DNA of 64,000 nucleotides, taken from Mayamaea pseudoterrestris (lineage: Eukaryota). The notes under the pieces are model-generated. The model ran no database searches. It was not told the DNA's origin and saw only the letters and a list, made by a program, of their open reading frames with translations. The stretch is taken from NCBI GenBank assembly GCA_027923505.1, contig BROI01000025.1:124001-188000 (forward strand), read 5' to 3'. Numbering within the stretch: position 1 is the first letter of the stretch; the number at the start of each line of letters is the position of its first letter. Both the position numbers and the translations under genes were made by a program. Positions 22,971-33,700 of this stretch are shown here, in pieces.

Positions 22971-23730
22971 CTAGATCTCTTGAGACACCTTGCCAACCAA
23001 GATATTTGTTGACAAACGACACTGGCCGCACAAGTCCACTCGGTGAAGTCCACTATATCGTGTCCCTGATACAGTTTTGCTGCAAGTCAAACTGTAAAGT
23101 GGCGAGAAGTAGCCTCTTGTCCAGCACTCGGTGCAAAAAGAAGCTGGTCCGGTCCGCGCCGTGGCAATGTATGATGCACACCAACAATTATGCTGAGCGA
23201 CAATTTTCATCAAATTTGGCTGAGCATCCACAAAAGCAAGCTTTAGTTCGCTGGCACAAGTGACAGGGAGCAAATCTCCAGTCTTGTCGACGTAAGAGAG
23301 TGTGATGCGATCAGTTGGGATGCGACGTTTGTATAGATCATACCCGCGCGTCTTGATAGCCTCAAGGCAGCCCTGCCAGTCTCCCGGCGCAACTGGGACT
23401 TGCTCAAAACGATACTCATGAACTGAACAAAAACGCATCATCAGATGTCGCGATTAAGACATTTACAGAGCGTCCAGGGCACACACAATGCACATAGTAC
23501 ACACCGTCCACATCGTCTTTAGTGACCATGATCCCTAGCTTCAAATTGACTGTCCAAGGCTCTCCATTTGTATCAATTCTGTCCACAGTGAGAGGCGACA
23601 CTGCGGAAGCCAAATTGCTTACACCCAATTGCATGCTCTGATGACCGGTACTTTCTGCCCAGGATCTCACGTAAGCGCTACTTGGCGGATTCTCGGAAGG
23701 CACAGAGATGAATGATCCTCCGATCTTCAT
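22971..23730 (-). CDS. Small PB1-domain protein with Cys-rich ZZ-like C-terminus; predicted intron 23423-23504
   Basis: ITLSYVDKTGDLLPVTCASELKLAF resembles the PB1 OPCA motif; a phase-1 GTGTGT..TTCAG intron joins the two ORFs. Confidence 0.55.
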
Positions 23731-23761
23731 GGTACACAACGTATTTTGAGCAAACGAAGGA

Positions 23762-23886
23762 CGAGCTTAGCGTTCAGAACGAGGTCAGTTGAGCGCGTGT
23801 GAATCACCGTGGCTTCGCTCTTAAAACCCGAGCTTGGCGTTCAGAACGAGGTCAGTTGAGCGCGTGTGAATCACCGTGGCTTCGCT
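23762..23886. repeat. Direct tandem duplication: 58-bp unit x2, period 67 bp, 1 mismatch
   Basis: CGAGCTT(A/G)GCGTTCAGAACGAGGTCAGTTGAGCGCGTGTGAATCACCGTGGCTTCGCT at 23762 and 23829. Confidence 0.95.
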
Positions 23887-24651
23887 TGAGATGCCCACAA
23901 ACCCAAAACTCTCGCTATATGTGACACGATTTGTCCGTTCCGTCGGCGTGCAGCAGGCGTTGTGCACACGATTGCGAATTCAAAATTCCGGGACTTATCC
24001 ATTGCGTGCGCCTGCCTTCGGAGAGTTTGTAGCGACGAGGAGAATCGGCAGCATGTTCCGCCATTAAACTTGTACTTGTCAACTCGCGTATGTCGATTTA
24101 TAAAGCCTACAGATGCGAATTAGTGAGCCTGCGTTTGCACTCGTCGTCTTCCCGTGAGCGTCGGAACCAATGCTGGCCGCGGCGGTCGTGCATGACCCGC
24201 GCAGCTGATGCGTGACCGGCTTTGTCCATCGCCTGACAAACAATTATCAGCCTTGCATTTTTCCACCAACCATGCATGAAACATGCTCTGCTGTGTGATA
24301 CTTCCACTCTTGTCTTTAGTTCATGTGGCAGTACTAGCGATTGCTCTTTGTTGCATCTCACAGTTCATGGCTCCTCACCAAAGGCGGCATGCACACGATG
24401 CGTCGGTATGTTCTGCATTCACGCCGCTGCTTGGTAGGATGGTTCATCACTGCCATATCATTGGTATATAATCAGGCGACTTTGTAAATGCTAACGAAAT
24501 GTCGAATGCTAGCAAAAAAGGAGCAAATACAGTGAATGTCGCGAAGCTAGATGCCTAATAGACAACATCTTAAATAGAGAAACGACCTTATAATTCAAAC
24601 ATCGTTTGCTTGTGCTTTTGAGACAGGGTTGTTTCCTTCGCGCTCAAGCGA

Positions 24652-26724
24652 TCATGCTTCTATAGGTCTGCCGTCATTGCTTAAATCGTCCACCGCGTCG
24701 TCCTTTGACTTGTTCTTTCGAAAGACGTTACGAGTCATGCTTGTCAAGAGCGACTTGACCGTACCAACGGATCGCATTGAACGAGTGGAACCAATGGACG
24801 TCGACGAGTTATTGTCGGCGCTCCCCTTTTGAAGGCGAAACGCACTGCGCAGGGAGGTTTGCCGTTTCATGGACCTGCGTGTTGTTGCATTGGTAGATTG
24901 CTCGGGGTCGCCTTCACCTTCTTCACTCTGCGTCACACGCTTGTCGATGCTCGGTGACTGGCCAATATTAGCAGTCAATGTCGTAGCATCGATGTTGTTC
25001 CGCTCTTCCTTCTTCTTGGGCAACGGCGACTTTTTCGCAAGCGACTTGATTTTTCCCTTGGCAGTCACAGGAGGAGTTGACGCTACATGCAGCTTCTTCT
25101 TTCGCGGCACCGGTTCGCTTTCAAAGTCATACTCCAAGGATATTTCACTACCATCATTAACGTTGTCATCCTTGGTGGTGTCTTGCGTTGTATCAAGCTC
25201 GTAGTCATCCATGGACAGCATGGAGCCATCGTCGGCTTCCTCGTCATTTTCTTTCTTGACCGCCTTTTGTTCAATCGAGGATTTGTCATCCTTTCGATCT
25301 TCATCCGTCTTTGATGTCCGACTAGACTTCTTCTTGACGCGGCGGACAACCTTCATGAGCAATTTTCCGTCTTCATAGAACATTGGCTTGCCATTTTCGT
25401 CAAGAACTGGTTTCTTATATGCCTTCTCCTTGTGCTTTTTCTCCTTATTCCCATCCATATTCGTCTCAGCTACTTGCTCAACCGCATTTTTGACTGGCGA
25501 CTGCTCCAGCGAGGAAGTTTCCGTCAATGCCGCTAGACTCGTGGACGGCCTTCGAATGGTGCCGCGCAGCCGCGTGTGTCGCACGACGGACGACTGCCGG
25601 CTTTCGCGCGAGCAAAAGGACGCTTCGTCCGATGCCACGCGGCGGCGCTGCTTGCTGGCCGAAACGTGCTTGTCCAAGAGTCCCATTGGCTCATGTTCGC
25701 GCTTGATGCTGCTGCTGCTGTTGTTGGGAGAAGCAGCGGCATCGTTCAATCGCGATCGATGATGACCGTTGCCGCTTCGACGGTGACTACTGCTGACAGC
25801 CACGGATGGATCAGCGCTCGATTTTGTTCGCGTAGCGCGACGGGACGATGCTGCGTCGTCGGAACCCTTGGCGTTCGATGGCGCTCGACGGTTCTTGCGC
25901 TGAACCTTTTCCTCGGTTGCTTCTGCTGCGTCTCTTGCTGGTTCCGTTGCTTCCAAATATCCCAAAGCATCTGCATCATCATGAGTCTTGGACAATGCAG
26001 CTTCCAGATTCAGCTTTGTTTCAAAGATGGATGCGCTCGTACAGGATCGACTCCGCGACGATGCTCGCCGGCTACGCTGCGACGATGACTCTTGCGCAAA
26101 GCTCGTTCGTTCGGAGCGCAACCTCCGCTGCTGCGAGCCGCTTGATGCAACCACGTCTTGCGTTGCTCCAGTCGTCTGCATGGCTGCAACGGCAGAAACA
26201 ATGGCTTGCAGCGAGTCAGTGGAAATCGAGTCTGGTGGAGGGACTGCAGCTGCTGATAGTTGGTTGCTGCCTGAAGCTGCTCCAAAGAGAATCGACGGCG
26301 AACTCGCTTGGCGAGAGCTCCTTCGCTGACGTCGATTGACACTTGCACGTTGCAAGTCCTCCTCACTGCTTCCTTGATGCGACATGGGTTGAAGCGGGTC
26401 CGATGGACTGTTGGAAATGGTTGCTAAGCTTTTGGTGGAGGATTGTCGTCGAGCAGAGTGCGAACTCGCTTTGATTTTCTTTTCGTTCTTGTTCGACGCG
26501 GCAGATCCTTGACTTGTAAACGACTTGTCGAGATCCAAAGATGAGGTAATTGCTTGGGAGGGAGGCATTTTCTCGATAGGTTGCAATAGACTTGTTGTCT
26601 CGTATGTTGATGCTGCTCGTTCCTTCATTCGTTCATTGCATGGCTGGAACGACTGAATCGTTGGAATCGAACACGTGTGTAAATGTCCCAAACAAGCACA
26701 CTTTGCACCAGTGTGTGGAGTCAT
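24652..26724 (-). CDS. Hypothetical S/R/K-rich disordered protein (true start may be downstream)
   Basis: 690-aa ORF, low complexity, no domain recognised. Confidence 0.6.
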   Translation of the reverse strand: MTPHTGAKCACLGHLHTCSIPTIQSFQPCNERMKERAASTYETTSLLQPIEKMPPSQAITSSLDLDKSFTSQGSAASNKNEKKIKASSHSARRQSSTKSLATISNSPSDPLQPMSHQGSSEEDLQRASVNRRQRRSSRQASSPSILFGAASGSNQLSAAAVPPPDSISTDSLQAIVSAVAAMQTTGATQDVVASSGSQQRRLRSERTSFAQESSSQRSRRASSRSRSCTSASIFETKLNLEAALSKTHDDADALGYLEATEPARDAAEATEEKVQRKNRRAPSNAKGSDDAASSRRATRTKSSADPSVAVSSSHRRSGNGHHRSRLNDAAASPNNSSSSIKREHEPMGLLDKHVSASKQRRRVASDEASFCSRESRQSSVVRHTRLRGTIRRPSTSLAALTETSSLEQSPVKNAVEQVAETNMDGNKEKKHKEKAYKKPVLDENGKPMFYEDGKLLMKVVRRVKKKSSRTSKTDEDRKDDKSSIEQKAVKKENDEEADDGSMLSMDDYELDTTQDTTKDDNVNDGSEISLEYDFESEPVPRKKKLHVASTPPVTAKGKIKSLAKKSPLPKKKEERNNIDATTLTANIGQSPSIDKRVTQSEEGEGDPEQSTNATTRRSMKRQTSLRSAFRLQKGSADNNSSTSIGSTRSMRSVGTVKSLLTSMTRNVFRKNKSKDDAVDDLSNDGRPIEA

Positions 26725-27485
26725 TCATCTAATACGCAATGTCCCAGTGACGGGAAGGCTTATGTATTTATTGCTTATGCCTGACTAAATTGCATTGGGC
26801 GTAGCAACGCACGCGCGCAAGCACGACTCCTCTCGTCAAGATCATAAAACAATGATAAGGCCCACAGCAGCATTCTATACTCACTTGTCAGCAGCAATAT
26901 ACTCTACTGCTTCGTCGTCTTTCGGCTACCATTCCCTACCGCTACCGCTACAAGGACAAAGAAGGGCTACCGCAATTACTCATGTCATGCCTTAGGGAAA
27001 GCATGACAGTAGATCATGGAATATGCAAGGCGTCTACCTATTGTTACATGCGAATATATATTCCTGAACTATCCACGGCTCAATGGAAGTGTTGTCGTCA
27101 GTTTTCAAGGCGAAGCTTAGCGAGGACGACGAAAGGACATAAAAAATGACAGGGAAACAAGCTGTCATGTTTTAGTTCCTGGCGGAGGAGCACAACGCAA
27201 GGTTACGAGTACAACTTTCTGTCATCGGCTATTATCTTATACGACGAAACAAATACAATATTGTGACCTGCTCGGTGTATAGCTTTTTGGATGCAAAACT
27301 CACGAGACATGCATCCAGTATCCTTCCTTTCACTGAAACACGGACCTTATGCAACTTTCATTCGAGCATTACAGATAAGGCAACAACATTATAAATACTT
27401 TGTAGTATAAAAATCTCTTTAGTCTCGAGTAAACGCTATGGTACTTAAACGTTCACGCAGCCAGTCATCAGCTCGACCCAACGAA

Positions 27486-27886
27486 TTAACATGAATTTCC
27501 CTGTATCAGCCCAAAAAGGCCCCCAGCAATTCCGTAGCCAAAAGCGCCAACAAGGACTGGCGACATGCCCGATGACGGGTGATGCGAGAAACATTGACAA
27601 GGCGAGCTTGTCTTTCGTAAGCGTGCATGGCACCAAGTGTTGCCGTTGACAACACATTATGCCAGACACTCCTACGTCCGCTCACGGCTTCCATGGGACA
27701 CGGCATAATGAAGAGGAGATAGGCGCCCCCAACGTAAGTGGCGGCTAGTCTTGGCGTGAATCGCGAGCCAAGAAACACATCAGCTGCCGTCCCTGCACTG
27801 CCACCAATGATAGACGGGAGAATGGGTTGCTCAAGACAGTTGCGCTGATAATAATATGAGGAACGAGAGAAAGATGTGTTATCCAT
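27486..27886 (-). pseudogene. Frameshifted paralogue of the adjacent Tim17/22/23-like gene
   Basis: CPMEAVSGRRSVWHNV matches the neighbour; the homologous C-terminus (GMSPVLVGAFGYGIAGGLFGLIQGNSC*) lies in another frame. Confidence 0.65.
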
Positions 27887-28435
27887 GCTGGAACTACTAC
27901 CAGTGTTTCTTACGATGTCAAACGCTGTCTTTGATGAGCAAGCCAAGAATGTGAAATGGAAGTATCTCGTCCGTTTCGTTGAAGAGTCGTGATGATCTAA
28001 GGATGGGATTGCTTTGGGCATTTTTTTGGCGAGCGATACATGAACCGTTCGCAAGTACCGAAACGATAGCTTGTTCCCGTTCTAAGCCAATTTTTTGCTA
28101 CGATAAGAGCTAACACTCGATTCGCGCCACGTAGCCTTTTAAGTTCAAATTCTCAATAATGAGACTGTAGTTGGACCATCAATGAGCCACTGCTTCAGGC
28201 CTCGACTTTTACTTAGTGTGTTGACGTGCCATTGTCGAGGTGGACCTATGCTGGCTATGAATGTTGCGCAGTTACTCTAAGAAATACGGGAATGCGTAAC
28301 TGTGTGTTTGCATCTAAGACAACAGCTCTTGACTACGTAGTAGAGTACAGTAGTTGTAAGTCTTACATTTAAAAGACCAAATTGACTCAAACTTTATCAA
28401 ACCCGATGCTGTCAACGATTTCACGTCCATGCAAC

Positions 28436-28834
28436 TCAAAATGGCTTATTGCCAAGCGTCGCCAAGACTCCTCCGAGCAATCCATAGACTGCTGCACCCG
28501 CCATCATTGGCGACACGGACGGATACCTATAGAAAAAGGTGGCATCCACAAAGGGAATGCCAAGTTTGCCAGTATGCACACCAGCTCCTCCCAGAGTTGC
28601 TGCCGCAAACACATTATGCCAGGCACTTTGTCGTCCACTAATGGCTTCCATGGGACATTGGATGACATTGTAGACGAATATTCCGCCAATGTTCGTGGCA
28701 GCCAGCGTTGGAGTAAGCTTGGCGCCCTGCAACACCACGTCAATGGCGGTAAAGGCTCCGCCGAATATGATGGATGGCCCGACGGCTCGTTGCATGCAGT
28801 GTACTTGGTATTGAGGCGATCGAAAGAAGGACAT
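28436..28834 (-). CDS. Small Gly-rich membrane protein, Tim17/Tim22/Tim23 (PRAT)-like
   Basis: About 4 Gly/Ala-rich hydrophobic segments; QCPMEAISGRQSAWHNVFAAATLG resembles the PRAT loop. Confidence 0.55.
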   Translation of the reverse strand: MSFFRSPQYQVHCMQRAVGPSIIFGGAFTAIDVVLQGAKLTPTLAATNIGGIFVYNVIQCPMEAISGRQSAWHNVFAAATLGGAGVHTGKLGIPFVDATFFYRYPSVSPMMAGAAVYGLLGGVLATLGNKPF

Positions 28835-29106
28835 GGTGATGGTAGTTATGAAAGTAGAGGGCAAGTATGATTAGCAACAGCAAGCCGATAATGTTATTAT
28901 GGACGACGGAAGTTTCGACGGCGATCGCGGTGTCAGTACCGGTGCGAGAATTATCACTTATGGTAACGAGTCGTTCCGGTACTCAACAGCTTGTCAACTT
29001 GGATTCTTTCTCCACCATGGGATTGGACGGTTAAACCATTCCAATTCCTCCTTCTAATCTGTACAAAGCGCTCAGAAAGCTGTAAAAACTCAGATCTTCT
29101 TTTAAA

Positions 29107-30543
29107 ATGGACATTTCCGATCTTCCTCCTCCTCTACCTGGGCGAGAACGCCATGTTTTGCAAGCCGAGGAGGAGCTCCGTTTCGAAGTTGCCTTTGGCA
29201 AGGGATCCACTTGCACCATTATTTTGCAGGCTGGTTCGTGCGAATTGTTTGGAGTCGAACTTGCTTCGAACAAGGAATATGTCTTTGTCGATGGCGGCCT
29301 CAAGCTGGCGCTCTTTACCTGGTATGGCTGCGTGTTGGATATTGAATGTGACGCGCAACATTTGGAAATTTGCTACGTTTCGGAAGCATCGGAAACGATT
29401 GGAAACATTGCATTGGTCAATACGCACGCTCAATTGGAAGCGCTACGAGACGAAGCGGCAGTATCGGGAAATCTTGGTCCAAGAATCTTGGTCGTGGGGC
29501 CACCGGAATCGGGCAAGTCGACGTGCGTCAAGGTGTTGCTCGCTTATGCGTGCAAGCTTGGACGGACGCCACTACTGGTAGACTTGGATCCATCAGATAG
29601 TTCCGTCAGTGTTCCTGGTACCTTGACTGTCTGTCCCTACACGCGCGACACCGTATCCGTGGATAGCTACGCCACGACGGGCGTTCCGGCGGGTGCTGCC
29701 TCTCCGTTGGTTCTGTGGCATGGGTCGACGCAACCATCCGCCGACTTGTTCAAGGCGCAAGTCAAGGCACTGGGCAACAAGATACGAAATCGACTCGAGT
29801 CAGATGACTGGGAACGATCGTCGGGAATTCTGGTGGATACTAATGGATGGTTGCAAGACGCGGAAGGATATCCAGTGCTGCTCGAGACGATTCAAGCGTT
29901 GCGTATTTCGGTTGTTTTGATCATGGGCCACGACCGGCTCTACTCCATGCTGCATACGTATACAGAGCAGGAAATGAACAGTGGTGATGAGCAAGGCAAG
30001 AAGGTGGACAAGCTCAAAGTCATTAAATTGCCTCGATCGGGTGGAATTGTTTCGCGCAACCCCGTTTTCATGCGCCAGTGGCGGTCGCGTGCCATGAAAC
30101 GCTACTTTTACGGAGGCATGGTGGATGCTCCGCAATCGCAGCAAAAAGAATCATCCACCAAGCTAGCGCGGGTTCCGCAGTTGACACCGTTTCTGATGCA
30201 TGTGTCGTTTTCGCAAGTCAAAATATTCAAGTACACTTCCATGAGCTTGTCAGCATCCTTGCTGCCAGTGGCGGCGGCACAAACCACGGAGCCAGTTCAA
30301 TTGGCACCCGTGACTGTTTCGGAGCAGCTTCAATTGACCATGCTAGCAGTGTGCCACCCGCAGGCGGTGGCTGCTTATGAAGCGTCGGGCAAGGCGAGCG
30401 ATTTGTATGAGTCGGGCGTTGCTGGTTTTTGTGTCGTGGAAAAAGTGCTCATGGACAGTGACATGCTTCATTTGCTGAGTCCTTGTGCTGGTGTACTTCC
30501 GAGTAACGTGCTACTTATGGGTGATGTGATTTGGATGGATTAG
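29107..30543 (+). CDS. CLP1: Polyribonucleotide 5'-hydroxyl kinase / cleavage factor CLP1
   Basis: EEELRFEV, ELFGVELA, GPPESGKST, VDLDP, VDTNGW, LPRSGG and LLSPC. Confidence 0.93.
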   Translation: MDISDLPPPLPGRERHVLQAEEELRFEVAFGKGSTCTIILQAGSCELFGVELASNKEYVFVDGGLKLALFTWYGCVLDIECDAQHLEICYVSEASETIGNIALVNTHAQLEALRDEAAVSGNLGPRILVVGPPESGKSTCVKVLLAYACKLGRTPLLVDLDPSDSSVSVPGTLTVCPYTRDTVSVDSYATTGVPAGAASPLVLWHGSTQPSADLFKAQVKALGNKIRNRLESDDWERSSGILVDTNGWLQDAEGYPVLLETIQALRISVVLIMGHDRLYSMLHTYTEQEMNSGDEQGKKVDKLKVIKLPRSGGIVSRNPVFMRQWRSRAMKRYFYGGMVDAPQSQQKESSTKLARVPQLTPFLMHVSFSQVKIFKYTSMSLSASLLPVAAAQTTEPVQLAPVTVSEQLQLTMLAVCHPQAVAAYEASGKASDLYESGVAGFCVVEKVLMDSDMLHLLSPCAGVLPSNVLLMGDVIWMD

Positions 30544-30717
30544 CCGGATCAAGTGCCTGGTTTTATATTATTTACACTAAAGTTTAAAAAGCACGACACT
30601 ATACCTTCGACTTGTCTAATATGTTATATTGCTGAAAGTAGGATCTATGTTGAATGTTTAGTGTATGTGCTGTTTGATCATGATGATCGCAAGTTGGTGA
30701 TGTGCCCGCTTCGTAGG

Positions 30718-33700
30718 CTATCGACGGGGCTTGGACGGAGCAAGTCTCTTGTTTCCACAAACATCACACTTGCGCTTGTTGCCAACGTTCTGAAAGGTGC
30801 ACGCCAAGCAGTCCCATCCATTAATGTTTGCAAATGGTGCCATGGCGATTGTGGCTTGGTTGGTGTTCTCCTTGTCAACGACTCTAGGATCGTCAACCTT
30901 CACCTTCTTTCTTAATGGCCCAACTTCTAACAACTCATCGAGGTTAATGTCAGAGTTTCCATTTGATTCTTGCGACAATAGGGCGCCTTCATTGCCCGAC
31001 TCGTCGTTCGTACTGCTGGAAGAGGCAGCGCCAGAGATCACGATTTCACCCACAGGCAATGGTCCGCTTAAATTGTCCTTACTCTCAATTGCCGCAACAC
31101 ACAACTCAGACGATGTGGACGTCTCGCCAAGTACATCGTCTTCGTCGATATCTGAGACTGCATCAGTCAAGCTTGCAATTTTATTTGCAGGGCCTGGTGA
31201 AAAAGTCAAGGACTCGTCTTTGAGCCCGCCGTTAACGACATTTTCATTTAAAGTGATAGGTTTTACAATGTCTTCATTGGCGTCATCAACATCAATCTCA
31301 TTAATTTTACCACATGGATTTCCCAGATTCTCGCCACACGACTCAGCGCCAGCGTCTATCTTGGGAGCATCTTCGTCGCAATCTTCTGTTAGAGCACATT
31401 CTTGAATGGAGTCAAGAGCTTCCAGTGCCAATTGTTCCTCCTCCTCCTGCTGGCGCTCTTGAATGAGGCTCTAAAAACGTCTGGATGTGAGGCACTTCTC
31501 GTCATTACAACAGCTCCCATCAAGCCGACTTACCCAAGTAACTTCTAGACCAAAGACAAACGAAACTGCATCGCGCCCACGCAATGCCGCGCGAAAAATT
31601 GGATCATCAACTGTGTCGACGCTGTGATGATGGCTCCATTGTCGCATGTCCTCCTCGTCGGGCATGCCGATCTGCTCCTGGTAATCATCGCCTCGCTCAT
31701 TGTGCATGTTCGCACAGGCGTCAAGTGGATCGTCCGTCACTTCATTTTGGGCAACATCGTCGTCATCACCAGATTTCATCTTCATGAGTCGAGGCACCAA
31801 GTCCGTCCACTTCTCGTACCAAAATGTCTGCAGGCACCGTGACGCATCTGCAATATCATCTCCCGGCGACCAGACCTTCATTACATTGCTAAAGATCCTG
31901 TTGACGTCCTTGGAAAAACCAGAGACACTCTTGTAGGACCCAGTATTGTCAATCGGCAAGTCGAGTCTTGTGCGAATGGTGCCCAAATCCATTGGTTGTT
32001 TCACCAGTTTCTCGTAGTCAATTTTAGTTGTACCATGGTCATCGGCGACCAATGGCTGAAGGAAGTGTTTGGCATCCTCTTGCATCGCAAGTTCCTCCAG
32101 AAGCTCTCTGCAAGCCGCCAGTTTCTTGGGAAGGACTTTCTGCGCCTCCACTTCTTCATCGTCATTGATGATTTTGCATCTCTCACAGCGCAGCTTGTCA
32201 TGTGTGTCAGAGGGCGTACCGGCTCTCAGTTTAAAGAGGTTCCGAAGATCCTTAGTGCTCAGCGCATTAACTTGATCTTTGTCGTCAACAACTGACTGCA
32301 GTCCCTCCTTCGATAGTTGTCGCTGGAATATCTTTTCCTCCACTGTTCCTGTTGCAAGAAAGCGGTACGTGAAGCATCGTTTCTTCTGGCCATCGCGCCA
32401 ACAACGCGCAGCTGTAGGAAAGGAGTGGAGTGAGAAGTACATCTATTTTGTAGCAACACCGCGACTTTGGCAATCCACGTACCTGCTTGTTTGTCAACGG
32501 CGGGATTCCTGAAATATTCATCTGCATGTAAGCTACGATTGTCTGTTGCAGCCATACTTGTGCATTCTTACTTACCAGTCGGGGTCAAAGAGAACCAATC
32601 GATTTGCCCCTATGAGATTGAGACCGCTGCACGAGAGACAAATTATCACGTGAGAGATGCAAGACTTAAACAGGGCCTTAACGATGTGACCAAAGCTCAC
32701 CATCCTCCGGCTTTGCTGGAAAGAAGGAACGCGACAAGCGAACTTGACGGATCATTGAACTCGTCAACCATTTGCTGTCGCTTCTTCATCGTAACGCTCC
32801 CATCCAGACGACAGCTGCCCCAGTGATTCTCTCGGCACATGCGCCCAATCAGATCCAGCGTCTGCGTGTAATTGGAAACAATGACAATCTTATCGCCACC
32901 ATTGCCTGGCTTGCGCATCTCCTTCATGAGCAGATACAAGGTCAACATCTTACCACTCCATTCTGGATGGATCAGAGCGAAGTCACCGCGCCCGCCACCA
33001 CCACCAACGTACGGCAAGTATTTCGCGAGTTCACCCGCACCGGGAGCAGCAGCTGTCTCCTTCTCATCGAAATTGTACTGCGCATTGCCGGCCACTGCAC
33101 GTTTGTTGGCTCCTGCTGATGGCTTATTGTCGTCGCTCACAATGAGGCTAGGGTGATTACACAGTTTCATTAGCATTTGAATCGAGCCAAGACAGTTGAC
33201 CTGCTTGCCTTCGAGCACATGCTGCGTATCCTTGCTATTGATGAGATGGGTGTACATTTCCTTTTGAATGTCCGTGAGGTTGCAGCAAACGACTTGTACC
33301 AACTTGGGTGGCAGGTGTTTTGCGTTGAGCGTATTGACGCGGCGTAGAATGAAATCGTTGACAGTTGCACTCATCTCCTGTTGAATTTGCACCATCTTTT
33401 TCTTTTGCGAATCAGTTGCGTCAGGCTCGCGGCCGCGAAGAATGGGGAACAACATTTTTCGTCGAAAGTCCTCAGGAGTTCCAAGAATTCCTGGATTGGT
33501 AAAGTCCACCATGGCGTAAAACTCCTGGAGATCGTTCTGCATTGGTGTGCCCGTAAGGAGAATTCTCCGCTTACAAGGAATGGAATTGAGTGCTTTGGAA
33601 GTCTGGTTGTCGCTGTTCTTCAGTCGATGCTGTAGGAAATGGTTTGGACACTTGAGTTAAACATCGCCAGTAGGGTAGCCGCTTAAAGCAATTACGCAAC

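Noticed and set aside
23762..23886. CRISPR-like repeat-spacer
   Set aside because: Only two 58-bp units with a 9-bp gap, eukaryotic context and no cas genes
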